Assembly: GCF_006345805.1 (NCBI RefSeq)
Contig: NC_042999.1
Location: 83,576,001 to 83,640,000 of the forward strand
Direction of reading: 5' to 3'
DNA: 64,000 bases
Source: Octopus sinensis
Lineage: Eukaryota
A program made the translations under genes and the position numbers. The notes under the pieces are model-generated. The model made no database searches. It was not told where the DNA came from and was given only the letters and a program-made list of their open reading frames with translations. Positions within the stretch are counted from its first letter, which is position 1, and the number at the start of each line of letters is the position of its first letter. This document shows, in pieces, positions 26,465-39,723 of this stretch.

Positions 26465-26670
26465 TAAACGGTGGTGCCCCTTGCTTCGGATCGAGCTGGA
26501 TGGCGAAGAAAAGTGTGGAGTGGAGTGAAAGCGTTTGAAGAGGCCAGGATAACTCGTGTTAGACTCAAAAGAGATCTAAGGAAGAACGTTACAATCGAGA
26601 AGGAGAATGACAATGACTTTTTGTGTGCACAGTTTGACAGACCATGCCTTTCCTTTGCGTTCAGAATAAC
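26465..26670 (+). mobile_element. RTE LINE C-terminal fragment
   Basis: LASDRAGWRRKVWSGVKAFEEARITRVRLKRDLRK...FLCAQFDRPCLSFA; shares nucleotide sequence with 56580-56660(-). Confidence 0.75.
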
Positions 26671-27112
26671 ATTTCCATCGTCTTGGCTTAACAGCCACCA
26701 TCTATTTTTACTGTTTTGGTCTCATTGTTCTGTCTTTTACTGTTTTTACTGTTTTAATCTTACTGTTCTGTTCTTGTTGCCACTTTTACCCTACGCAAAA
26801 AATCCGAAATTTTATTTAATTTGCTTTGTGGGAAGGACTGTTTCAAGAAGTCGCGTCTTGTCCTTACCTTCGTGACGCGGAGTAGATGAAACAGGGACAA
26901 CTGAAGGAGGGGAATATTCTTTGTGTTGTATATCTTGTACTCTGTTGTCTTTCGTTCTTTGAAAAAAAGTTCGTTTCTATGTTTTTGCTTTTATGTTTTC
27001 GTTTCTCATTGCGTTCAACTTTGTTTTGATGCCCCATAGCCATATATGCATGTATATATACATATATATATGTAGGGATGTACATATATGTATGTATATA
27101 TGCATATATATA

Positions 27113-27151
<39 letters not shown>

Positions 27152-27171
27152 CATATGTACATATGTATGTA

Positions 27172-27207
<36 letters not shown>

Positions 27208-27398
27208 TGTATGTATGTATATATGTATATATATAGATGAGAAAGTTGGTTTGTGAAAGCACGTGGTTGAATATATAGAAAATAGTAAAAAGTGAAAAAA
27301 CTACAGAAGGCTTGTTTTAAAAGGTTAAAAAATATATATTTGAGTCAATATGTCTGAAGAATATTATAAATTGTTTTCTTACAATGACATAGTTTAGA

Positions 27399-27436
27399 AG
27401 AAATGACCGGTTTCGCGTTCAGCTTTTCAAATTTCT
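27399..27436 (-). ncRNA. Minimal type I hammerhead, U3-A8 core (inverted 5' copy)
   Basis: Exact reverse complement of 29309..29346. Confidence 0.7.
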
Positions 27437-27514
27437 TACATCGTTATGTTTATGTTGAGAAGAGTTATCGTTATATTTGTGTTGAGGAGAGTTCTAGATA
27501 AGGGGAGGTAATAA

Positions 27515-28333
27515 GTGATAATAAGCCAAATTATAAATGAAACCATTAAAAAATCACCAAAGACATACATACACACACCTAACCCGGGGGACCTAAAACT
27601 ACGATCCATTGTAGCTGGCCCAACCTGTGAAACACACAGACTAACTCTATTTATGGACATCCTCCTGAAACCCTTCCTTAAACATATCGATAGCCATATC
27701 AGAGATGACTTAGATATGTTAAACCACCTTCCAAAAAAAGCCAAGGAAGAAACAATCATGGTTTCATTTGATGTAGTTAACTTATATACCAGTATACCTC
27801 ATAATTATGGACTAGAGGCAATACAGTTCTGGCTGGACCAATTTCCGGAAGAAATACCAAAATGGGTCAGTAAAGAATTCATTACTAAATCAATTGAATT
27901 CATCCTACATAATAACCACTTCATGTTTCACAATACATTTTACCGTCAAAAATCCGGAATTGCTATGGGTACAAGGGCAGAACCAGTCATTGCGAACCTA
28001 ACAATGGGCTACCTGGAAATAATCATTTACCAGGAATCTCTATCAATCTTTGGAAACCCCCTCTCTCAATACATAAAAGAGAATTGGAAACGATTCCTGG
28101 ACGATTGTTTTATACTCTGGAACGAAAACACAGATAAACTCCTAAAATTTAAAAACCTATTGAACAGCATAAACCCAAATATACAGTTCACAATGGAATA
28201 CAACCAAAAGGAGCTCCCATTCTTGGATATACTAATTAAAAAAATTAACCTTAAAATAGAAACAGACATTTTTTACAAAGCCACAGACGCCAAACAATAC
28301 CTTCTTTTTAATTCATGCCACCCAAGACACTAA
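27515..28333 (+). pseudogene. PLE reverse transcriptase (5'-truncated, ends at frameshift)
   Basis: LRSIVAG, SFDVVNLYTSIPH, YRQKSGIAMGT, WKRFLDDCFILW, NPNIQFTME, LPFLDILI, FYKATD...YLLFNSCHP. Confidence 0.95.
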
Positions 28334-28376
28334 AACAAACATCCCCTTCAACCTTGCAAGAAGGATATGCACAATA

Positions 28377-29171
28377 GTGTCAGAACAAAATACCAGGAAC
28401 TTTAGACTGCAAGAACTCAAAAACACTCTAATTGACAGACGTTACCCAGCTCAACTCATAGAGGATGGGATCAGACGTACAACAGAAATCAACATAGAAA
28501 CTTTAAGAAAAGTTCAACACAACGACACACCTTCCCCGAAAATACTACCTTACATATCCACATACAACCCCAGAAACAAAGAAGCCTTCACCATCATCAC
28601 CCAGAATATACCAATACTTCATAAGGACCCCAAATTAAAGGAAATTCTAAACATACACCAAATCATTAAAAGCTACAAACAACCTAAATCACTTAAAAAT
28701 ATTCTCACAAAGGCAAAATTGTTTTCTGAAATTACTTATGCAAAAGTAAAAAAATGTGGTAGACCGAACTGTGCAACATGTCCAAACCTGCTAGAAGGAT
28801 CAGAATTCCTCTTCAAAGAGGGACAGAAATTCAAGATCAAATCTAATTTTACTTGTGTCTCTGAAAACATAATTTATGTCATAAAATGCTCGGGCTGCCA
28901 CCAAGACTACGTGGGATTCACGGGACTATCACTCAGACGTAGATGCACACTGCATCGACAACAGATTGCATTCCCAGAATACAGAATGATACCTTTTAGT
29001 GAGCACATTGAGAAATGCGCAAAGCAACTACTACCACAATTTTTAATCTTTCCATTTTACCAATGTGCTATCGGAACACCAACACAAATTAGACTAAACA
29101 ATGAAACATTCTTCATTGAAAAGTACAAGCCCAGACTTAACCATTCCAATATACTTATACAGAGAAATTAA
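28377..29171 (+). pseudogene. PLE C-terminal part: thumb, CxxxxCxxC linker and GIY-YIG endonuclease
   Basis: KKCGRPNCATC...ENIIYVIKCSGCHQDYVGFTGLSLRRRCTLHRQQI...EHIEKC...ETFFIEKYKPRLN; the frame continues upstream as (T)KTNIPFNLARRICTIV. Confidence 0.93.
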
Positions 29172-29308
29172 CTCCAAAGGAAAGGCAAAAAATTTTAAGC
29201 GATTATCTCCCTTACACCGGAAGAAATCACTTATTACCTCCCCTTATCTAGAACTCTTCTCAACATAAACATAACGATAACTCCTCTCAACATAAACATA
29301 ACGATGTA

Positions 29309-29346
29309 AGAAATTTGAAAAGCTGAACGCGAAACCGGTCATTTCT
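29309..29346 (+). ncRNA. Minimal type I hammerhead, U3-A8 core
   Basis: AGAAAU-UUGAAAA-GC(UGAAC)GC-GAAAC(CG)GUC-AUUUCU: 6-bp stem I, G10.1-C11.1 pair, palindromic ACCGGU stem III, GUC site; predicted cleavage after 29340. Confidence 0.75.
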
Positions 29347-30261
29347 GCTAAACTATGTCATTGTAAGAAAAAAACTTATAATATTCTTCAGACATATTGA
29401 CTCAAATATATATTTTTTAACCTTTTAAAACAAGCCTTCTGTAGTTTTTTCACTTTTTACTATTTTCTATATATATATATATATATATATAAATGCATAT
29501 GCATATGCCCAAGCATTTATACATTGCAAGAACATACACATTGGAGCAGCGGTACAGCTAATTACACGAATAGAGACCGCTCTCCTCCTCCTCTTTCTCC
29601 CTTTATATATGTGTGTGTATGTGCGTGCGTGTGTGTGTGTGTGCGAATGTGTATGCATGTATATATGTATATATACAAACAGATATATAGATAGATAGAC
29701 AAATAGATAGATACGTATGTATGTCTGTATGGATGTGTGTGTGTGTGTGTATGAGATTGTATGTAATTTCCCATACATATACGCATAAGTACTACAGATA
29801 CGTTTTCACTACTGGTATCCACATACTGAATTCTTATTTCCTTCCTAATGTACCGGTGCGCGTATACAAAACGTACACAGACTAATATTTGTGAGCGAGT
29901 CTGTGCGTTTTATCTACATGTATGGACACATAAGCATCTAGATATTAATGTCTTTGGACAGAAAGTTTTCATTCAGACACGTTTGTGGCAAAAACAGAAG
30001 TTAGTTCCTGGTGTTGACGAGTTTTATGCTAACATTACTACGTTACTTAACGAAACCAGCAGAACCGAAAAAAAAATGTGAAGTAAAATCATTCTTTATT
30101 TCTTATGGCTTACCAGAGGAAATTTCAAACGGAGACTTGACAACTATTTATGTACATATATACATGCACAAGTACACACACACACACATATACATATATA
30201 CATACATACATATAACACACACACACAAACACACACACATATATATACATACATACATATA

Positions 30262-30294
<33 letters not shown>

Positions 30295-30547
30295 GAATAT
30301 ATATATATGTGTGTGTAATATATATATATATATATACTCCCATATATATATATATGCATGGTGTGGGTATTTATATGTATATATATTCCTATGTATAGAA
30401 ACATACAAATATATACATATATAATATAATATATATATATATATGAATATATATATGTGTGTGTGTAATATATATATATATATATACTCCCATATATATG
30501 CATGGTGTGCGTATTATATCTATATATATTCCTACGTATAGATACAT

Positions 30548-30599
<52 letters not shown>

Positions 30600-31164
30600 T
30601 CCTACGTATAGATACATACAAATAATATATATATATATATATATATATATCTTCCTATGAATATATAGTTATAAGCATGTATACAAATGTATGGATAAAT
30701 GGATGTGTATTTGTCAATATATACATATATATATATGTATATACATACATATATATATATATATATGTATATATGTATATATTGATATATATGTGTACAA
30801 ACTTCCATACATATGCTATGCCTGCATGTGTGCATGTGTGCATATGTCTGTGTATGTATCTATATGTAAGATATATGCAAACCAGACATAGCTAAAAGCA
30901 GAGAGCAATAAACAATTGTGGTTAGAATTTCTTCAGTGCAGTTTAAGTAGAGGAACGTTGGAACAACTACACACACACACATACACATACATCTAAACAA
31001 CCCCACACACGTACACACATTCTTATATATATGAGCATATTATTTTATACATGCTGATACTTGTAACCCAGCATTCACTCTTTTACTCTCTCTCACACAC
31101 CTATTTATTTACATATCCAATAAGTACATACACATTATATATATATATATATATACATATATAC

Positions 31165-31244
<80 letters not shown>

Positions 31245-31289
31245 ATATATGTATATATGTATGTATGTGTATATATATCTATATATATC

Positions 31290-31327
<38 letters not shown>

Positions 31328-31764
31328 CATGTGTGTGTGTGTCGCTATATATCGACAGCATCCCTTCCACCATCGTTAATATTATCTATATAATTCTAGA
31401 CATACACCTACACGGATGAAACCATTCAAAATGTATGTTCAGAGATCAGATTCTCTGCATACGCACCACATTTCTTAGCGTACACACCTTTTTAAGCAAC
31501 TTAAGCAACATAAATATACACACCTGTTTATAGTTCGGGGAATATTTAGTATGAAATTTCCAATATCATCTTCCTGCACAAACTCAAATACACGGCAGAA
31601 GCAAATATACAGTACACGTAAACGTCTGTATGTGTGTTTGTGCGTATGTTTGCATGTGTGTGTGCGTATATATATATAAATACACATATATGCATATATA
31701 TAGATATGTATGTACATATATATACCTACAATATATATGTGTATATATTCATTATGTGTGCATA

Positions 31765-31807
<43 letters not shown>

Positions 31808-31973
31808 ATACATACATACGCACGCACGCACACACATATACACACATTTATACATATATATATTTGTAGTTATATATATGTATATACGCACAGTCAATGA
31901 TGTATTGACTTATACACCTGCTCAAGTAGATATATTCAAAAATTTTAACCGCTTCACATACATGCGCCTACAA

Positions 31974-32018
<45 letters not shown>

Positions 32019-33085
32019 TGTGTATACATACATGCATTTATATATATATTTATACATATATACATATCTCTGTATTATTTTTCGTCCATGTACGTGTGTG
32101 TGTGTGTAGTATACATACATATAAACCATGTCCATATGTACTCGATTTCAAAAATATCAATATTTCTTCCTAAAAATCTATAGACCTACTGTGAATTTTT
32201 GAGTGATGCGTGATTGGGCCGGAAGTGTATACCACGTTATCTGTAAAGTTCAAACCAGTGTAAATAAATGCAAAAAAACACGCACACACGTGTACTCAAG
32301 CACACATTCACACATACACAAGTACACAAACATACAGATAATTATATACGTCCCCCAAAATTCATTCTACAGTGGTAGCACAGAAGCATGCACATACATT
32401 ACTAAACGTTTCATATTTCCACGCATGCGTGCGTTTCCTCAAAACAAGCAAACACAAAGACACACCGCCCACATATATAAAAGCAGTGATTTTGCGTATC
32501 AAGTGTTTCATTCTGGACACATGAATCTTCTCTTGAGAGCACAGTTTAATGTGTGATAGCTAAGAAAGCGCTTCCTTTTATGTTCACAAATATATATTCA
32601 CATGAAAGATTCGACACATTGGTGCAAATGCATAATATATTCTTTAATGTTATTGCTGTAATATCGATCACTTATTTGGGTCCAAAGCATAATATCGACC
32701 CCCCACCATACTTGACGCATTCATTATTTTATGTAGACCCTCTAGGATGAAAAGTAATGTTTACTTCGATGAGATTTAGACTCAGAGATAAGTAGTCATA
32801 ATTAAATAACACAAGGCATTTTATCCGACGTCTTAATGATCATGTGAAATGATCTATGGCTCATGTTAATGCTATTACAAATTAACGCATATAGGGCGAT
32901 GAGCTAGTAGATTTGTAAACTCGCCGGTCAAAATTCATTGTGGCTTCTCTTACGAAGTGTATAGTAGTAGAATTTAGTTGGTAAACATATACATGCTTGT
33001 ATACATACAAATATTCATGCATACATGCATATATACATGCTTGCATATAAACATACATACATACATACATTCATACATACATACA

Positions 33086-33119
<34 letters not shown>

Positions 33120-33170
33120 CATACATATATACATACGTACATACATACATACATACTTACATATTCATAC

Positions 33171-33523
33171 CAATAATAATTAGAGCACTAGGTTTTGTTT
33201 GTAAATGCTTAAAGGGGAATCTGGATAAACTGGGATTTTCAGAAAGAGAAATCGACCGGCTAATTTGTATATTACAAGTGCAATCTGTGAATGGAACAGT
33301 AAAAATATGCAAGACTTTTCTCAAGTTCCAAATGCGAATCTGTTTGTGTTAACTACATCTCAAAGATGGAGTTTTGTATCTTTGTTGGAAACGGGCCCCT
33401 TCTTCAGTGGAAGATTTATAATAATTAAAAAATAGAAGAGACATATATTCATACATACATACATACATACATCATACATACATACATACATACATACATA
33501 CATACATACATACATACATACAA

Positions 33524-33557
<34 letters not shown>

Positions 33558-33885
33558 CATACATATATACATACGTACATACATACATACATACTTACAT
33601 ATTCATACCAATAATAATTAGAGCACTAGGTGTTGTTTGTAAATGCTTAAAGGGGAATCTGGATAAACTGGGATTTTCAGAAAGAGAAATCGACCGGCTA
33701 ATTTGTATATTACAAGTGCAATCTGTGAATGGAACAGTAAAAATATGCAAGACTTTTCTCAAGTTCCAAATGCGAATCTGTTTGTGTTAACTACATCTCA
33801 AAGATGGAGTTTTGTATCTTTGTTGGAAACGGGCCCCTTCTTCAGTGGAAGATTTATAATAATTAAAAAATAGAAGAGACATATA
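33171..33885 (+). mobile_element. Tandemly duplicated 3' end of a restriction-like-endonuclease (REL) LINE within (CATA)n
   Basis: PIIIRALGFVCKCLKGNLDKLGFSEREIDRLICILQVQSVNGTVKICKTFLKF plus UTR; copies at 33171..33447 and 33609..33885, period 438. Confidence 0.7.
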
Positions 33886-33987
33886 TTCATACATACATAC
33901 ATGCATACATACATACATATACATACATACATACATACATACATACATACATACATACATACATACATACATACATGCATACATACA

Positions 33988-34113
33988 AGCTGATTCGAAG
34001 ACTACAGATGCGAGCCATCGCTGGAACTGTAAAAATATGTAAAACTTTCCAGAGGTTTATTATTTAAGTATATACGAACCTGTTTAGATATGCAGCTTTA
34101 TGCATGAGAAGAC
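33988..34113 (+). mobile_element. Shorter 3' fragment of a related REL-LINE subfamily within (CATA)n
   Basis: KLIRRLQMRAIAGTVKICKTFQRFII*, homologous to the C-terminus of the preceding copies but with a different UTR. Confidence 0.6.
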
Positions 34114-34168
34114 ATACATAAAACAAAGCATACAAATCTGCACATATACTTACATACATGCAAAAATA

Positions 34169-36153
34169 GGATCTAGGACAATTCGCTGTAAGGTATTTCG
34201 CCGTAGGACAATTTGCCGTAGGACTATTCGCAGTAAGACAATTCACTGTACGGATATGTTGCCGCAAGGACGTTTTGTAGTAAAGCAGAAGAAGAGAAGG
34301 ATAAATAATAAAGATAAAAATAATGAAGGTCATACACTTGATTTAAAAAATTAGGCTGAAAAACTAAAACGCTAAGATTCATGTAAGTTCATTGAAAATG
34401 CACGCGAATAATGTTGTTTTTGACAATGCTTAGTTTGCACTAATAAACATCTTGGTATTTTTCTTGGTTTTTAGTTTCTCCTCTTGCAGCATCGTTCACC
34501 TTCCTTTTAGAAAGGGATTCTTCATTGTCAAGGCATTGATAAGTTTCCATAAATTTGGATGAGTATTTGTAACGGATGCTTGCAGCGCATTATGGAAACC
34601 TTCTAATCCATTGTTGGCGTCAGCCAGCTGATTTAGGGTTCTTTCATACATATTCCAAAGACCGATAGGAAAAGTAGAAAGAACTCTACATCTACGAGCT
34701 CCTCTACCTCTCTCCTCACCAATGTAATGCGTTTCAATATATGCCACAAGTTCTTGCGGCAAGTCATCGTCATCCACAAGCTCTATAAATGCATTGATGG
34801 TGGCTGGAGGCAGGATGAATGCAAGAGCCGTAAGGCACTTTACTTTTGTGTTAAAATCACAATCAGTTTAATATCGCACCTCAAGACCAATATCTGTCAC
34901 CTTTTTGTAAACATTTTTAAAGAAATGAAAAAAAAAATTCTGTTATATTTACAAATGGAAAATTGTCAAAAAAACTTAGGAAACTAGCTTGTTCAAAATC
35001 AATCATTAGATTTTCCAGTCTTAGGGATTGGAGCAAACATTTAACCTTTTGAAAAAACCAATTGTATGAGTCAAGAGTCTCATTCGGAAGGAGACCTTAA
35101 ATTCGAGAGATGCATGCATGTCCTATGTTGTCATGTAGAGTGTAATTGATAATACTTTTCTGGACAAAACTTAAATGTTGCATCACATGCCCAATTCTTA
35201 TATACTTCTAGATCGTGCAACCCTGCAGTCGTACCAAAATTCAACATTGTATTTTCGTCTTCCACCCCACTATCGTAGGGTAAAATCTATCTGTTTTGTA
35301 GCCACGTAAATTCTTCGGGAATTACATAGCCGATTCTTGATCTAGGTATAGGAAGGGCCTTTTCTTTCATTTGTCCCCATCTTCTAATGTTTCTTGATAA
35401 ACATGAAGTTGATGTTCATAAGAGAGAGTCCATCATCCTCTAATTCCCCACATGCGGCACCGATCAAAGATCTTGAAGCCAACTGGAATTTAAGTGCATT
35501 TTCTTTCATATTCGCTATTACTTCTTGCATTTTTGGTTGGCTAGGATTCGATGGATGTGTATACTCACTTACATGCAATTTTACAAATAGAAATCACTTC
35601 ACTATTCAATTTTGTATGAGCTCTTGCTTTACAGTTTCTTATCAACAGACTGCCAATAAACCTTGCCCCTATATTTTCTTTCTTGCCGATAAATAAATTT
35701 AGAATCGTCTACGAGCTTATCACAACCTCTGTTGTTTTTAATAGTGTACGGCATCGTAAGGGTTTAAGTTTCAACTTTTAAAGAAAAATAATGTAAATAA
35801 TGTAAACGGTCGTGGTAACCTCTGAAAAACAAGCCTTTTGCTTTTAAATTTTCAAGATAAGCTTGTTATTTTTAAATAAATGTTAAACGACCTTTCTGGT
35901 TTGAAATTACTACTTCAGCATTAACGGTGCAGTTTCAAATTTAAAAGACCTTTCTGTCTTTAAATTATCATTTCAGTAATTACCGAAAATGACTGCTGTA
36001 AATACTATTACTTTATCTATCTTATTTAATTACCGACGCAATTTCAAAGAGTCCTTGCAGCGAAACATCTGTACGGTGAATTGTCTTATGGCGAATAATC
36101 CTACGGCCAATTGTCCCACGGTGGATTTGTTTACGGCAAATTGTCCGGTCACC
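34169..36153 (-). mobile_element. Mutator-like (MULE) DNA transposon, degenerate, with repeat-structured TIRs
   Basis: Inverted arrays of ~15-bp ggacaatttgccgta units at both ends; minus-strand remnants WACDATFKFCPEKYYQL (~35190) and YIETHYIG...FPIGLWNMYERT...NNGLEGFHN...HPNLWKLI; candidate 9-bp TSD gcaaaaata/acaaatata (7/9). Confidence 0.85.
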
Positions 36154-38324
36154 ACAAATATATCCTGTCGTTGATGTTGAAATTCCAATGAAGGAGCATT
36201 GGATCTAGGTTAGAAACCAGCTCTTTCTCTATTGGCAAGAAATCTTGGAATAAAACTGAATAATGACATACATGATTCTTGGAAAGATTTGTCGGTATGT
36301 TTATCAAAGAGGATAAAAATGATACAGGAACAACACAAATATTCAACATTTATTGTCCGGAATCTCTTATTATTCCCACTAATTTTTCACTAATATATAC
36401 AGGCACTTGTATTTCATCTAATTATTTAAGTAAAGTTTAATGATTGTTTAATTAAGAATGTGTAGACGAAGGTGATCACCTTTGGTTCGGGAAAAAACAT
36501 AAACCCGAAAAGTCTTCGGAACCAAAGGCACTGAAAAATCAATGTGGTACCTGTACTGTGATACCCAACCATTTAGAATTCAGTGCAAAGCAGCTACGCC
36601 ACGAAGCCATATTCTTTGAGAAGAAATATACTGCACTTCTCAGAAAATAAACAACCCATTAATGTGAATGGTAAATAACAGTATCAAGCACCCAGTAGAT
36701 TCTGCCCTTGAGAAAATTACTAAAAATTTGAACTACAACGAAAACAAAATCGATAACAATAACACAGAGTTAAAGTTACAGCCATTTAATAGAAAAACTT
36801 TAGCCGCTACCGAATAGATCGAAACGAGTGAAGAATACAAACAAGTAAAAACACAGCTAACAACTCGCAGCAGGATTTGAGGAGGCCCTCATTATTTACA
36901 TCAAGCTACAAAATAGAAGACTGATTACAGTCAATAGAAAACCTAACGATTTCATGTTATGTTATCCGTAATTGATCAAGTTGATTAAAACTATCATGTA
37001 TAAATTCAATTTCACAGTATTCAGACACTGAACTGTATGTTGTTGTAGTTGCCAATCTCCAAAAGACGGAGATATCTAAGACTGCCTGAACGCATAAGGA
37101 AAATGGACAACCTATCTTTTTATCGTTGTCATTAATTACTCTAGATTAGCAGTCTTCATGACAACCTGATCAAGCTTTGATGACAATCTAATCAAGTTCT
37201 TCGTGGACTAAGCTACTATACTCGAGCCCATTACAATCTTTCTTCCCTTCACTGAAGTTGTCTTTACCATCAATTGCTTCTCCAATGGTGTGGACGTGGG
37301 TTCTTGGATTTGCTCTGACTGCACTAACCTGTTTGTTGTTTACCTTGAAGCCCAAATTGTTTCATCAGTCCCCGTCCCAGATTTATATGGTTATAATCTG
37401 TATAATGGCATCACTTTACCTGAAAAACACGCCCATCTCTTTCACTACCTCCATTAATCACTTTCCTTTTATATTTCCAACTCTTAACACTTAACCAACT
37501 TCTTTGACATCTCAGTTTCACTTAATCACTCCAAACTCTCCACTAATCTCTTTTATAAACCTGCAGACCCTCATTCATACTTCAATTTCTCTATGTCTCA
37601 TGTCATTTGATCTAAATCAGGCAAGGACTTCTAAAAGTTTTGCCCAGTCTATGCTCTCTGTAGCTAGACTCTGATTTCAAGGTCAGGTCTCACCAAATGG
37701 TCTACTTTTCTCTCCAACGAGCATACTTCCAGTCAGTGGTATGTGTCCTTACCTACAATTCCATATTCCCGACAACACCCACCCTATTCTCTCCTCCATT
37801 CACATTTTACCCCACCACTCAACCCCTTCACCGCGCCATTAGACATATGACATATGTCTATGTCTATGATATTAGACATATGTCTCCCCCAAACTGACTT
37901 TACCACTGCCATTCCTGAACATATTAATTTCTTCAAACACTGCTATAGTAACCATAGAGATTTAATATTCTCCCACAATCTGTCTTATTCAACATCAAAC
38001 ACTTGCCTTCTTCTTCGTTTACCTTGAGAAAAATGTCACTTCACTCGGTTTCCTAACAAGTCTCTTTGTTGACTGTCCATGTTACTAAGCATTTACTTAT
38101 ATCTCTAAATTATTGAGTCTATGGAATTAAATTGTAATTCTGTGGCTTATTACAAATATAAGAGAAAGGATTTTGACTGGAAGGTTTTAAGATCATGTAC
38201 TGAATGTCCGGCTAGGTAGCAACGGTCCATTTAAACCCACTGCTGGCCTCTTTCAACTTTACAAACCCCACTTCTTTCTCTTTATCTTGTTTGGGGTCTC
38301 CAATAACACCGTGAGTGGAGCCGT

Positions 38325-38545
38325 GTGACTTAGTAGTATGGATGCTGCACTCATGATCGTAAGGTTGTGATTTCGATTCCTAGACCGGACGTGCGTTGTA
38401 CTTTTGAGCTAAGCATTTTATTCCAAGTTGCTCCGGTCCACTCAGCTGGCAAAAATGAATAATCCTGTGAGGGACCAGTGTCCCATCCAGGATGAGGTGG
38501 GGAGTATAAACACCAAAGAAACCGGAAATCAGTCTTATGAGTTTG
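38325..38545 (+). mobile_element. tRNA-derived SINE
   Basis: Head gtgacttagtagtatgg...gatttcgattcctagaccgg resembles the 3989 SINE head; ccggtccactcagctggcaaaaatg central block. Confidence 0.65.
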
Positions 38546-38999
38546 TATGTCTCGATGTAAAGCACTAGACCTCTTCATAACTAACAAATATTACTTCCTT
38601 GCTCCTGGTGATGTCAATAATTGATTACTTTTTCTTTACTCCACCAGGAAAAATAAAAGACCTCTCATACATCCTCCAACAGTTTCTCTCCTATCATTAT
38701 TCCACCGAAAATATTTGTTTCTAAATAACCCCACACTCACCCACTCACTCACACAGTCACACACCCACATAGGTATTCACAATATTTGTCTTGATTCATT
38801 CGCATCGCTACTTTCTATTACATATTCCACTCACACCCACTAAGAAAACTACTCAGACACCCAGTTCTTTCAGCGTATGGCCACAATCTATTCATCTCAC
38901 ACAACGCTTTCCTTTACACTTTCCAACTTCCGTTTGCTGTGTAGCTCACATATACATTTTTCCTTATCAAGAATTATTCTCACTTCATCTCTAGCAATG

Positions 39000-39036
39000 A
39001 ATCTTGAAAATGGAGACTTTGTCCGAAACGTCGTTA
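39000..39036 (+). ncRNA. Hammerhead-like motif with U3-A8 core
   Basis: AAUC-UUGAAAA-U-GGA(GACUUUG)UCC-GAAAC-GUC-GUUA; stem I imperfect. Confidence 0.45.
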
Positions 39037-39636
39037 TTTACTCTTTTTTTTCACAGTGTATTGACTGTTTTACTGTTGATTTCTGCTTCCTTTCCTTCAT
39101 AATTTATCCCTATCTTAAGTATCACCACCGGATTATAACCAACTGCGCCTGCAATCGAATGATAATGATGATGACTAGCTTTTTGACATGCAAGTAAAGG
39201 AACCGCAGCCTGGTTGATTGCTCTGCCACAAATAGCATTCAATTTCTTCTCAAATAAAAGAAAGTGATGGGGATAATAAAGGATTCAATGCCATTGATCA
39301 TCGTTACGTTCGTTCAGAACAAAAAATGGGATTATACAACAACAGTAATAAATGCATTTTTGAAATTAAAAGATTCCATAATGAGAATAGTCAGACATTT
39401 CTAGGTGCAATTTCAGTAAAAACCGGAGTGATTTATTAACAATGATAGTTGCTTTTGACCGCCTACATGGTTAATGTACTTCCAAGAAGTTAGCCATTGG
39501 AAAACAAGTCATCAAACGTCCACAGACATCAATTCACACGTACACAAAGATGCTCACACACACACGCACGCACACGCACGCACACGCACGCACACACACA
39601 CGCACAAGCACACACATGTATATGCATAGATATATT

Positions 39637-39723
<87 letters not shown>

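Larger units (their letters stand above)
27271..29472 (+). mobile_element. Penelope-like retroelement, 5'-truncated, with ~245-bp inverted terminal repeats
   Basis: RT plus GIY-YIG ORFs; 27271..27519 is the reverse complement of 29226..~29472; flanked by microsatellites. Confidence 0.95.

Noticed and set aside
36479-36528. 10-bp stem cctttggttc/gaaccaaagg as a ribozyme or terminator
   Set aside because: No catalytic core; intrinsic terminators are not applicable in this eukaryotic context; isolated hairpin only.
37050-38050. Degenerate LINE remnant on minus strand
   Set aside because: Only faint RT-like residues (SLRYL); too decayed to support a call by eye.
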